Made by a program: the position numbers and the translations under genes. Of a DNA stretch of 32,000 nucleotides, positions 1 to 8,513 are shown in pieces. The notes beneath the pieces were generated by a model that had not been told where the DNA came from, searched no databases, and was given only the letters and a program-made list of their open reading frames with translations. How positions within the stretch are numbered: position 1 is the first letter of the stretch; every line of letters begins with the position of its first letter. Source of the stretch: an uncultured archaeon (GTDB lineage: Archaea > Asgardarchaeota > Thorarchaeia > Thorarchaeales > CAZPUN01); assembly GCA_964589775.1 (NCBI GenBank), contig CAZPUN010000035.1, positions 7,987 through 39,986 of the forward strand, in the 5' to 3' direction.

Positions 1-657
1 TGCATGACCATAAACAGGAATTAACTTCGAATTTGATGATACATCCGGAAAAACTTGGTGAATTGCAAACGGTACATTATTTAAATCAGGAACATATAGA
101 CGCCGAACCGGATATTTTCCAAAAGCAGGAATCCAGATACCTTCAAGAGATGCAAGTTCATTTAAACATTCATTACGACTGCTACAACTTAAAACAACAT
201 CAACGATTTTTCTAAGTACATCTTCGGCTTCGCCAATAATAAATGCATCAAAAAATTCGGAAATAGGCATAGGATTTGACCAAGAAATCGGGCCCCCTGC
301 AATAATTAAAGGATGCTGATCGGTACGATCTGAAGACTTAACGGGTATATTAGCCTCTCTAAAATATTTAACAACATATGGAAAATCTTGCTCAAATTGC
401 AAAGATACACCAACAATATCATTATCAATAAGTTTTCTTTGTGATTCTACAGAAAAAGTTGGTTTAGGAACATCCACAAGATAGTATCGTTCACATGAAA
501 CATAGTCAATACTGTTTAATATTGAGTATAAAATTTGGATTCCTAAATTAGCCATTCCAACCCGATAAGTACTCGGGTAGACCAATCCAAATTTTAAATC
601 CACATAACGATTGTCTTTGACTATAGCATTGAATTCATTAATTTGTGGATGTCCCAT
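1..657 (-). CDS. Radical SAM family protein, N-terminal part (runs off the window; not in ORF track)
   Basis: ATG at 657; reads MGHPQINEFNAIVKDNRYVDLKFGLVYPSTYRVGMANLGIQILY...SLQFEQD...IIAGGP...NPMPISEFFDAFIIGEAE. The YPxxYxxGMxNLG and GGP...NPxP...D...GEAE motifs match B12-binding-like radical SAM proteins. The CxxxCxxC motif would lie outside the window. Confidence 0.8.
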   Translation of the reverse strand, partial: MGHPQINEFNAIVKDNRYVDLKFGLVYPSTYRVGMANLGIQILYSILNSIDYVSCERYYLVDVPKPTFSVESQRKLIDNDIVGVSLQFEQDFPYVVKYFREANIPVKSSDRTDQHPLIIAGGPISWSNPMPISEFFDAFIIGEAEDVLRKIVDVVLSCSSRNECLNELASLEGIWIPAFGKYPVRRLYVPDLNNVPFAIHQVFPDVSSNSKLIPVYGHA

Positions 658-672
658 GATAAATACCCAACT

Positions 673-1935
673 TTATTTCCAATCGCGAATATCATATTCC
701 TGTTTTAAGAGGATTAATTTATTTGCGGGTACATCACGATATACTACAACACCTGCACCAATAGCACTATTAGGATATAACATAACTCCAGGCATCATTA
801 GAGTTCCGATTCCAGTACTTACATTGTCACCAATAATAGCGCCTAATTTTCTTCGTCCGGTATCAATAACCTTTCCTTTTACCACGGCTTTAATGTTTTT
901 GCGGTCCAACCTAAGATTTCCAGTTATAGTACCTGCACCAAAATTTACATTTTCACCAATAACACTATCTCCAACATAGGATAAATGCCCGACATGTGTG
1001 CCATCCATAATAATACTATTCTTTATTTCAACTGCATTACCAATTCGCACATTATTTCCTAAACTCGTATATGGACGAATAAAACAATTAGGACCGATAT
1101 CAGAATTAGAACCAATTATAACAGGACCTATTATGTATGCACCAGATCTGATAATGGTTCCGGGGCCTATAATCACAGGATCTTTTATAGTAGCGCCATC
1201 TTCAACCGTACCTTCAATCTTTGTTTCAATACTTGAAAGAATTGCTTTGTTCGCTTCAAGCAAATCCCAAGGTCGCCCAACATCAATCCAGAACCCGTCA
1301 ATTTCAAAATATCCAACATTACCATTCTTTGCTTGAATATTGATCGCATCAGTGAGCTCAAGCTCGCCCCGTGGTGAATAGCCTATTTCATGAAGCGTTT
1401 CAAAAATGTCAGGACTAAATATATAGATCCCTGCATTGATTAAGACATTTTGAGCATTTTCAGGTTTCTCAATAATTCGGGCAAGCCTATCATCTTTAAT
1501 ATCTAAAACGCCATATGCTCGACCATCAGGAACGCGCTTGGCTGCAACAATAGTAGAAAACTTAGAATTGTGAAACATGTTATATAACCGTTGATAGAAC
1601 CCATGAGGCACAAGAATATCACCATATATAGCAAAGAAAGGTTCATCAAGGTGTAAGTCTTCAGCAGTCATTACTGCATGACCCGTACCTTTTCTTTCAT
1701 TTTGTGTGATAAATTTGAATGAAATATCGCGGTATCGTAAAGTAAGAGCTTCTTTTAGAATGTTATCCAAATATCCAGTTACAATGTATATATCAGAGAT
1801 ACCGGCATCGATTAAATTATCGATCGTATGAAAAATCAAGGGCTTATTAGCTACTGGTATTAAATGCTTAGGTCGTGTAGAGGATAATGGTCTCATTCGG
1901 GTAGATTCACCAGCTGCGAGAATTAGCGCCTTCAT
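673..1935 (-). CDS. glmU: Archaeal bifunctional sugar-1-phosphate nucleotidyltransferase/acetyltransferase (GlmU-type)
   Basis: LAAGESTRMRPL...PK nucleotidyltransferase motif, EKP, C-terminal hexapeptide beta-helix (HLSYVGDSVIGENVNFGAGT); SD GAGGTG upstream. Confidence 0.9.
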   Translation of the reverse strand: MKALILAAGESTRMRPLSSTRPKHLIPVANKPLIFHTIDNLIDAGISDIYIVTGYLDNILKEALTLRYRDISFKFITQNERKGTGHAVMTAEDLHLDEPFFAIYGDILVPHGFYQRLYNMFHNSKFSTIVAAKRVPDGRAYGVLDIKDDRLARIIEKPENAQNVLINAGIYIFSPDIFETLHEIGYSPRGELELTDAINIQAKNGNVGYFEIDGFWIDVGRPWDLLEANKAILSSIETKIEGTVEDGATIKDPVIIGPGTIIRSGAYIIGPVIIGSNSDIGPNCFIRPYTSLGNNVRIGNAVEIKNSIIMDGTHVGHLSYVGDSVIGENVNFGAGTITGNLRLDRKNIKAVVKGKVIDTGRRKLGAIIGDNVSTGIGTLMMPGVMLYPNSAIGAGVVVYRDVPANKLILLKQEYDIRDWK

Positions 1936-2148
1936 ATATACACCTCAATTTTATATTTATATTCATAACAATGATATTCAAAGTATATAGCATTTTTAAA
2001 CCAATTTATGATAAAATATTTTCCACATGAACGCCTATAAATTGCGTTTTTCACAGAGGATTAGTTGATATTGCGCCATATCGCGAAAAATTTTCATCGA
2101 GATATAAAAGTATGAGAAAATCTTATAAGTAAAAAAACATATATATAC

Positions 2149-2174
2149 ATCACACAAATAACCATTTGTGTGAT
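2149..2174. promoter_or_regulatory. Perfect 11-bp inverted repeat, candidate operator
   Basis: ATCACACAAAT-AACC-ATTTGTGTGAT, between a TATA-like TTATAAG (~2123) and the start of the small wHTH gene. Confidence 0.55.
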
Positions 2175-2184
2175 AAAAAAATAG

Positions 2185-2412
2185 ATGGATGTGGTAAAAA
2201 TGGAAGATGAAATTAAACTTACCAAAAGCCAGAAAATTGTACTTGAAGTTCTTCGCAAAGAAGGCGCAATGACTCCCAAATTACTCTTGGACAAAGTAGA
2301 TTTTGCACCCAGAACTGTAAGATATGCACTCAGAAAACTTTTGAAAAAGAAATTGATCAAGAGAATTCCAAACCTACAAGATATGAGACAGTGGGTATAT
2401 GTTGCAGGATAA
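2185..2412 (+). CDS. Small basic winged-helix DNA-binding protein (archaeal MarR-like family)
   Basis: LTKSQKIVLEVL...RTVRYALRKL...DMRQWVY, typical of the archaeal RTVRYAL/DxRQ wHTH family. A slightly downstream ATG (MEDEIK) is an alternative start. Confidence 0.8.
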   Translation: MDVVKMEDEIKLTKSQKIVLEVLRKEGAMTPKLLLDKVDFAPRTVRYALRKLLKKKLIKRIPNLQDMRQWVYVAG

Positions 2413-2474
2413 GAGATTTTTTCTTTTATCTTGCAACATTTAGTTTTTGATTATTTTAGATTTGAGGGATAATT

Positions 2475-3122
2475 ATGCAAAAATTCAAAGTAATTACAGG
2501 GGACAGAGCAATTGAAGCGATGCGATTACTAAGCGATAAAACAAGAAGACAAATTTTACATCTTTTAAGAGATAAATCTATGACTACCACCGATATTGCA
2601 GAGGCATTAGGAATCACTGAACAAAATGTAAGATACCATTTATCAAAAATGGAAAGTATAGATTTAGTTGAAATTACTGGACAGCGCCCTTCTGAACGCC
2701 CTCATGTTCTTGAAAACTATTGGAGAGCAACGTCTGAGACTATATATATTAGTATTGGCGAAAATTCAGACATAATAGATCCTACAAAACAGGATCCAAT
2801 ACGTATAATTAAAAAAGTTTTATCAGAATTACCAAATCAAAAGAATAGTAGTATAGATATAGTAAAAATTTTTGAGAAATATGGTATTATTCAAAAGATC
2901 CTTGAGAAAGGCTCTAAAATTGCAGAACGAATAATAAACAATCATATTAAGGATATTGATCCCATAACTAAAAATACGATAATATCATTGATGAATAAAG
3001 TCTTTTTGGATGAAGAAGATTTCCAACTGATTAAAGATTTAGAAGAAGAAATAATCGAGGAACTCAGAAGTTTTTTTAAGCCAAAAATAATATTATCACA
3101 AACTCAGCAAATCAAAAAATAA
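2475..3122 (+). CDS. ArsR-family helix-turn-helix regulator with helical C-terminal domain
   Basis: LSDKTRRQILHLL...MTTTDIAEALGITEQNVRYHLSKME...ENYWRAT. Confidence 0.8.
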   Translation: MQKFKVITGDRAIEAMRLLSDKTRRQILHLLRDKSMTTTDIAEALGITEQNVRYHLSKMESIDLVEITGQRPSERPHVLENYWRATSETIYISIGENSDIIDPTKQDPIRIIKKVLSELPNQKNSSIDIVKIFEKYGIIQKILEKGSKIAERIINNHIKDIDPITKNTIISLMNKVFLDEEDFQLIKDLEEEIIEELRSFFKPKIILSQTQQIKK

Positions 3123-4038
3123 TAAATTTTGATTTATTTATTTTTACTTTCATAAGATCATATGCAACAATGGTATTTTCAAAAATTTCTTTTGCCTCGT
3201 TCAGTAAGATTTGAGGATCTTCATATCGTGGACTAATATGTGTAAGAATTAATAGATTCGCGTTCGATTTCTTAGCAAGTTGTGCAGCATCACTTGCAGT
3301 CATATGATAACGTTCAATAGCTAAAGATCTGTGTGCCTCTGAATACATAGATTCCGAAATAAGAATGTCTGAATTTTGCGCGTAAGATACAAGCTCATCA
3401 AAATATGCGGTATCTCCAGTATACGTAATTTTAAGTGGAGGTGGTGCAGGATCACATATTTGCTCAGGTCGTATTTCATTTCCATTTATAAAAACAGACT
3501 CACCTTTTTTGATTTTGCCCCAAAGATGTCCTTTAGGAATACCATATTCAATTGCCAATTCGGGATGAAATTTACCCATCGGCTTTTTATAGATTAGAGA
3601 ATAACCAAATCCAGTAACACTATGCCTAATAGGAAATGCCGTGATAGTGATTTCATCATCTATAAATTTCCAATCTTGATTTATCTCATGAACATAAACA
3701 TCAAAATTTGGCATTAATCCTATGTTTTCACTTTGCGAACGAACATAATTAATTATATTTGGAGGCCCATAAATAGAGATTTTCTGTTTTCGCCCCAATA
3801 AAGACATCATGAATAAAAGTCCGGGTAGTCCTATGATATGATCCCCATGCATATGTGAAATAAAAATATTCAAATGACGATTTAGTCCAAGCCTTGCCAG
3901 TTTATATCTTCGTTGAACATCTTCGCCAGTATCAAAAAGATATACTTTATTTTTGTAGCGTATTGCAATCGATGGTAAATTACGTGTACGTGTTGGGATA
4001 CCACCAGAAGTACCAAGAAATATAATTTCAAATATAAT
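3112..4038 (-). CDS. rnz: Ribonuclease Z (tRNA 3' endonuclease); start extended to a probable non-canonical ATT/ATA
   Basis: SHMHGDH metal motif, exosite GIPKGHLWGKIKKG, YTGDT, LTHISPRY. The frame upstream of the ORF-track start (3873) is open and encodes the conserved EIIFLGTSGGIPT...LFDTGE. Confidence 0.9.
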   Translation of the reverse strand: MIFEIIFLGTSGGIPTRTRNLPSIAIRYKNKVYLFDTGEDVQRRYKLARLGLNRHLNIFISHMHGDHIIGLPGLLFMMSLLGRKQKISIYGPPNIINYVRSQSENIGLMPNFDVYVHEINQDWKFIDDEITITAFPIRHSVTGFGYSLIYKKPMGKFHPELAIEYGIPKGHLWGKIKKGESVFINGNEIRPEQICDPAPPPLKITYTGDTAYFDELVSYAQNSDILISESMYSEAHRSLAIERYHMTASDAAQLAKKSNANLLILTHISPRYEDPQILLNEAKEIFENTIVAYDLMKVKINKSKFIIF

Positions 4039-4049
4039 AAGATACCCCC

Positions 4050-4799
4050 TTAGACAGATCTACTAACATTCCATAGAGAATCAAAGTAATTAGCAGCAAT
4101 TGCAGCAAACAAAATATGGTCACTATATATTGCGAGATAACTATCTGCAGATTCAGATAATATAATCATAGTATATTTGTTATCAATAACAAGACCCCCA
4201 CCAAAAATTTTACCCCACAATCGAACTTCCGTATTGGGGGGTAGAACTTTTCGTATTTTATCAGATAGCTCGGTAGTAAGAATCTGCATTTTTATATTCT
4301 TTTTACGTGATATTTTCGAAATTACATCTGAAATTAATTCTTCAGAAATATCAATATTTGGAATCGAAAATTTTATGCTTTCTTCAGCATTTGAAATCAT
4401 CTCAAATAACTTTACAGCTATTGCAGCTTTACCATGCAATATCCAAACATTACGAGTTATTGCTTCACCACTATTTTCGTACAGAGGCTGTAATTCATCA
4501 ATTATAATTTTACTACAGCGATTTAATGTTTCTTCCCAATTATATTTTACAATTTTTACAACTTCAATTGGTGATTTTGCAAGATATCCTGTTGGACGCC
4601 CACGATTTATTTGTATCCAACCCTTATTTTCTAATCTTCCAAGAACATCATAAATTCTAGAATAGGGAATACCACTTTTAGAGCTAATTTGTGAAGCATT
4701 CATTTCACCATATGTAATTAAGGTAACATATGCAGCAACTTCATAATCTGTAAGACCAAGTGTTTTTAGTGCTTCCAGTGCATCTTTTGAAATAGACAT
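4050..4799 (-). CDS. TrmB-family transcriptional regulator/chromatin protein
   Basis: LGLTDYEVAAYVTL...SGIPYSRIYDVLGRLENKGWI...RP; C-terminal PLD-like effector domain (VIDNK...FDSLW). Confidence 0.9.
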   Translation of the reverse strand: MSISKDALEALKTLGLTDYEVAAYVTLITYGEMNASQISSKSGIPYSRIYDVLGRLENKGWIQINRGRPTGYLAKSPIEVVKIVKYNWEETLNRCSKIIIDELQPLYENSGEAITRNVWILHGKAAIAVKLFEMISNAEESIKFSIPNIDISEELISDVISKISRKKNIKMQILTTELSDKIRKVLPPNTEVRLWGKIFGGGLVIDNKYTMIILSESADSYLAIYSDHILFAAIAANYFDSLWNVSRSV

Positions 4800-4802
4800 A
4801 AT

Positions 4803-5372
4803 TCAAGTCACATCCACATCTTTTAACCATTTTATTAATTTAGTAAATGCTTTTGTCCTATGTGAAATTTCGACTTTCTGTAATAAATCTAATTCAGCCA
4901 AAGTGTATTTCATACCCTGTGGAATAAAAATGCTATCATAACCAAAGCCATAAGAACCTCGTTCATCTTCAGCAATTGTACCCTCTAAAACACCCAAAAA
5001 GGTTTTACAAATAGACTCAGAAATACAAATAGATGCAGATGTAATGAATTTTGCGGACCTATTGGAAATTCCGTTCATCAATTTAAGAATTCCATGACGC
5101 CCAATCGTATCTAAAACGAAATGCGCATAGGGACCTGGAAATCCGTTTAATTCATCAATATATAATCCAGTATCATCAACAATTATTGGTTTTCTTATTT
5201 TATCATATGCCTTTCTTACTGCAAATTCAGAAATTAGTTGTAGTTCAGAATTTTGAATTTCTAATTTTTCGACCTTAGCTTGTTTTAAAACAATCCCAAA
5301 TCTACTAAATAGAGGCGATAATTCTTCGATCTTATGTTCATTTGAAGTTGCTAAATATATTTCAGCAATCAT
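4803..5372 (-). CDS. rdgB: Non-canonical purine NTP pyrophosphatase (RdgB/HAM1)
   Basis: ATSNEHK, DDTGLYIDELNGFPGPY, GFGYDSIF and SHR motifs. Confidence 0.93.
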   Translation of the reverse strand: MIAEIYLATSNEHKIEELSPLFSRFGIVLKQAKVEKLEIQNSELQLISEFAVRKAYDKIRKPIIVDDTGLYIDELNGFPGPYAHFVLDTIGRHGILKLMNGISNRSAKFITSASICISESICKTFLGVLEGTIAEDERGSYGFGYDSIFIPQGMKYTLAELDLLQKVEISHRTKAFTKLIKWLKDVDVT

Positions 5373-5419
5373 AATAAATCCCAGAAAAATAATTAATTTT
5401 TAACATATAAGAAAATCTA

Positions 5420-5463
5420 AACATACAAAAAAATCAAAAATATAGGGAAGGGGAATACCCCTT
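5420..5463 (-). terminator. Probable terminator after actin
   Basis: Hairpin AAGGGG-AATA-CCCCTT (5448-5463) followed on the minus strand by TATTTTTGATTTTTTTG. Confidence 0.55.
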
Positions 5464-5476
5464 TTATTACTAATCT

Positions 5477-6622
5477 TTAGATACATCTGTGAATGACTTC
5501 TGGGCCTTGTTCTTCGAATTCCTTCTTTGAGACCCACATCTTCTGGAATGTCTTCAGAGAAGCGATAATTGAACCACCAATCCATACAGAGTACTGTCGT
5601 TCAGGTGGAGCAATAATTCGAACTTCGACATTTTCAGGTACTAATTCGGAAATTTCCTTGTGAAGTCGCTCCTTAAGACCTGGGAACATTGTTGAACCGC
5701 CAGACAAGACAATGTTTGCATAGAGATCTCTTCGTAAGTCGACATCAGTTGCCTTAATCGCATCGACGATTTGTTCATCTAATGGAGCTGTATCAAGACC
5801 GATTGCACTTGGGTTGAAGAACAATTCGGGTGCAAGGAATCGCTCAGCACCAATTGTAATAACTTCACCGTCTGGTAACATGTATGGCTTGTCTACACCA
5901 GCTTTGTCTGCAACTGTCTTTTCACGGTCTGGATCTAATGCGACATAACACAGTTTTTCCTTAATATCACGTACAATTTCTTTCTCAGCACCACTGACGA
6001 AGTTGTAACCTCTCTGACGGAGTAATCTTCGGAGATATTCGGTAATGTCACGACCTGCAAGATCAATTCTTCGGATTGCGTGTGAAATTGCGAATCCTTC
6101 GAAGATAGGGACAATGTGAGTTACACCATCACCACTGTCTACAACAAGACCAGTAGTTCGTCCAGATGCGTATAGAGATAGAATTGCCTGAGTTGAGATA
6201 TATACTGCGGGTACATTGAATTTCTCAAACATCATTGAAGCCATTCTTTCACGATTCTCACGTGGGTTAAATGAAGCTTCAGTTAATAGAACTGGACTTT
6301 CACTTGGATCCACTTTCAAGTCATTGTAGAATGTATATGACCAGATTTTTTCAATGGCTTCCCAATCTTCAATAACACCATGTTCAATTGGATAGATTAG
6401 TCTCAACACACCTCGAAGATTGCTTGCCTCTTCACCAATGTAGTAATCACGAGTATAGTGATCTACATCGGACATAATATGTTCATATCTTGGATATCCA
6501 ATCAAAGTGGGCCAAACAGATCTGGGTTGGTCTTCACCAGCAAATCCGTTCTTAGATAAACCAGTTCCATTGTCTAGTACTATTGGCTTTGCGCCTAGAT
6601 ATTCATCCGGGATGTCTGCCAT
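5477..6622 (-). CDS. Asgard (Lokiactin-type) eukaryote-like actin
   Basis: DNGTGLSKNGFAG, YPIEHG, VLLTEA, LSLYASGRTTGLVVDSGDGVTH, LAGRDIT, LPDG, GGSTMFPG, APPERQYSVWIGGSI and C-terminal HRCI; colinear with actin over 381 aa; SD GGAGGA. Confidence 0.97.
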   Translation of the reverse strand: MADIPDEYLGAKPIVLDNGTGLSKNGFAGEDQPRSVWPTLIGYPRYEHIMSDVDHYTRDYYIGEEASNLRGVLRLIYPIEHGVIEDWEAIEKIWSYTFYNDLKVDPSESPVLLTEASFNPRENRERMASMMFEKFNVPAVYISTQAILSLYASGRTTGLVVDSGDGVTHIVPIFEGFAISHAIRRIDLAGRDITEYLRRLLRQRGYNFVSGAEKEIVRDIKEKLCYVALDPDREKTVADKAGVDKPYMLPDGEVITIGAERFLAPELFFNPSAIGLDTAPLDEQIVDAIKATDVDLRRDLYANIVLSGGSTMFPGLKERLHKEISELVPENVEVRIIAPPERQYSVWIGGSIIASLKTFQKMWVSKKEFEEQGPEVIHRCI

Positions 6623-6656
6623 CTTTTTATTCCTCCATAATTAACAAGTTTACTGG

Positions 6657-6783
6657 ATCTCAATCATAAGATTGAGCAGAATTCCAATCTCAATATAATG
6701 AGAAGTTCTATTTAAGCGTTACCTACATTTTAGGTATTTTTTCTCATAAACTATATAAACAATATAGATTATATAGTTTATGA
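6657..6783. promoter_or_regulatory. Divergent promoter region with several inverted repeats
   Basis: CTCAATC-ATAA-GATTGAG (6659-6676); TCTCA-N6-TGAGA (6688-6703); TACCTA-N5-TAGGTA (6720-6736); TCATAAACTATATAA-N10-TTATATAGTTTATGA (6744-6783); TATA-like CTTAAATA on the minus strand at 6709-6716. Confidence 0.6.
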
Positions 6784-7454
6784 TTATGATGACAATTATT
6801 AATGGAACCAAAATAATAACTGAGGAAATTGGTGAAACACCTGCAAGAATGTATATACTAGAGGCGCTTGTTGAAGGTAACAAGAATGGTTCGGAATTAA
6901 GGAGGATATTACAGGAAAAATTGAATAAGACAAAGATAACAGATCCACAATTATATTATAATTTGAATAAATTAGAAAAACATGGAATAATAAAGAGTAC
7001 GAAAATTTGGAGAGAGAAAAAATATTCATTAAATCCGATATATATACAACCTGTAAGAGACGTATTGAACATCACAAAACCAAAAATAATTTTCTTTAGC
7101 GTTTCAGACCCATCAGAAGTGCGAAATCGATTAAACAACATACTTAGAAAATACAGCATAAAACCACAGAAGATCTTTTTGATAGCAAAAAAGAGTACAT
7201 TTAGAGGGGCAAGACCAATAAGCAATGTATCACTTATTTTTTTCGATGAATCAACATATGATAAATCATTAAATTTTGCAAGACATGAGATTGAGGACTT
7301 AATACTTGCATATATAAGCAATTACGAAATAATTTTTGACATCACATATTTTGGAATAGCGACCATAATAGCAATTACAGAATTATGCCTAAAGTATTCA
7401 ATAAAGTGTTTGAGATTCGAAACTGAATTAATCTGGATACAAAATATTAAATAA
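6780..7454 (+). CDS. Winged-helix transcriptional regulator with C-terminal CARF-like Rossmann domain
   Basis: N-terminal RMYILEAL...SEL...QLYYNLNKLEKHGII...KYSL wHTH (confident). The C-terminal beta/alpha pattern IIFFSVS...PQKIFLIA...IIFDIT resembles Csa3-type CARF (less certain). Confidence 0.65.
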   Translation: MIMMTIINGTKIITEEIGETPARMYILEALVEGNKNGSELRRILQEKLNKTKITDPQLYYNLNKLEKHGIIKSTKIWREKKYSLNPIYIQPVRDVLNITKPKIIFFSVSDPSEVRNRLNNILRKYSIKPQKIFLIAKKSTFRGARPISNVSLIFFDESTYDKSLNFARHEIEDLILAYISNYEIIFDITYFGIATIIAITELCLKYSIKCLRFETELIWIQNIK

Positions 7455-7535
7455 AAAAGTATCGAAAACTAAATTAATGTGTAAACAGAAAGAATATGGT
7501 GCACGTCCAAACCTCATATATGGGGGAATAATTAA

Positions 7536-8513
7536 TTGAAAGTAGAATTAATAAATACACAAAAATTCGACAGTAAAATTACATCAATAGATATCATAAA
7601 ATCAAAGGAAAATAAAAGTCATTGTATCATAATTGGGTTTGAAAATGGAACAATTGAGATATTTAAGTGGAATATAAAACAATTTGAACCAATTTATAAA
7701 AAGCAAACCCATGACTTGGTTTTTTCAGTTAATGCTACGGACATTGATATGGACGATAACGAAGAAGCGATAATCACATACATTTCAGGTGATATTAAAG
7801 TATTCATGAAAGATAAAGCAAATTTAATGGAAATCAGTTCAATTTCTCTTGGATGTACGCCAACCGCCATATGCTTAGCAAATGTTTCAAATGATAAAAC
7901 AAATGAATTAATAGTTTCTACACAAGACGGCGCTCTTAGAGCCTATGGCTGGTTTTCAGGATATTTAGATAAATTAGCTCATAAAGTATTAGATAAGCCT
8001 ATTGATATAATGAAACCAATTAAATCTTACACACAGAGATATTCGCGCATTTTAACTAGCCAAGAAAATATAATTAAAGCATATGTTTATGCAGATGATA
8101 GACTACATGAGATATATTCAATTAGTTTAGATGATGCTATAAAAGAAATGGAGATCGGCGATTTAGATCATGACCGAACAACAGAAGTAATTATATTAGA
8201 TACAAAAAATAATTTGAAAATATATAAGCAAATTCAGAAAGGCTTGGATTTAGTGTCTACTCTAAAATTGGATAAAAATTTTGAACGCATGAATATAATT
8301 AATTATAAAGGCCAGGACTATCTTTTATTATCAAAAGAAGATAACGCATCGATTTGTAAAATAAATAATAACAAAATTGAGCCTATATTAAAATTTAAAA
8401 TAAAAAACCATTATGAGCGAACGTTATTTACAACAATGGATGTGGATGATAATACAAAAATTCTAATACATACGATAGACAACATTATGGAGATATTTAA
8501 AATAAAGGATTAA
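7536..8513 (+). CDS. Cytosolic beta-propeller protein with FG-GAP-like repeats
   Basis: Repeated DIDMDDNEEAII / NVSNDKTNELIVS / GDLDHDRTTEVII loops with ~45-aa beta-strand periodicity; no signal peptide; TTG start after GGGGG. Confidence 0.7.
   Translation: MKVELINTQKFDSKITSIDIIKSKENKSHCIIIGFENGTIEIFKWNIKQFEPIYKKQTHDLVFSVNATDIDMDDNEEAIITYISGDIKVFMKDKANLMEISSISLGCTPTAICLANVSNDKTNELIVSTQDGALRAYGWFSGYLDKLAHKVLDKPIDIMKPIKSYTQRYSRILTSQENIIKAYVYADDRLHEIYSISLDDAIKEMEIGDLDHDRTTEVIILDTKNNLKIYKQIQKGLDLVSTLKLDKNFERMNIINYKGQDYLLLSKEDNASICKINNNKIEPILKFKIKNHYERTLFTTMDVDDNTKILIHTIDNIMEIFKIKD

Noticed and set aside
5477-6622. Eukaryotic contamination, MreB or crenactin
   Set aside because: Intronless, has an SD and is flanked by archaeal genes; motifs are much closer to actin than to MreB or crenactin.
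6657-6783. Possible CRISPR remnant or MITE beside the CARF-like gene
   Set aside because: No regularly spaced 25-40-bp repeats, cas genes, target-site duplication or second copy in the window.
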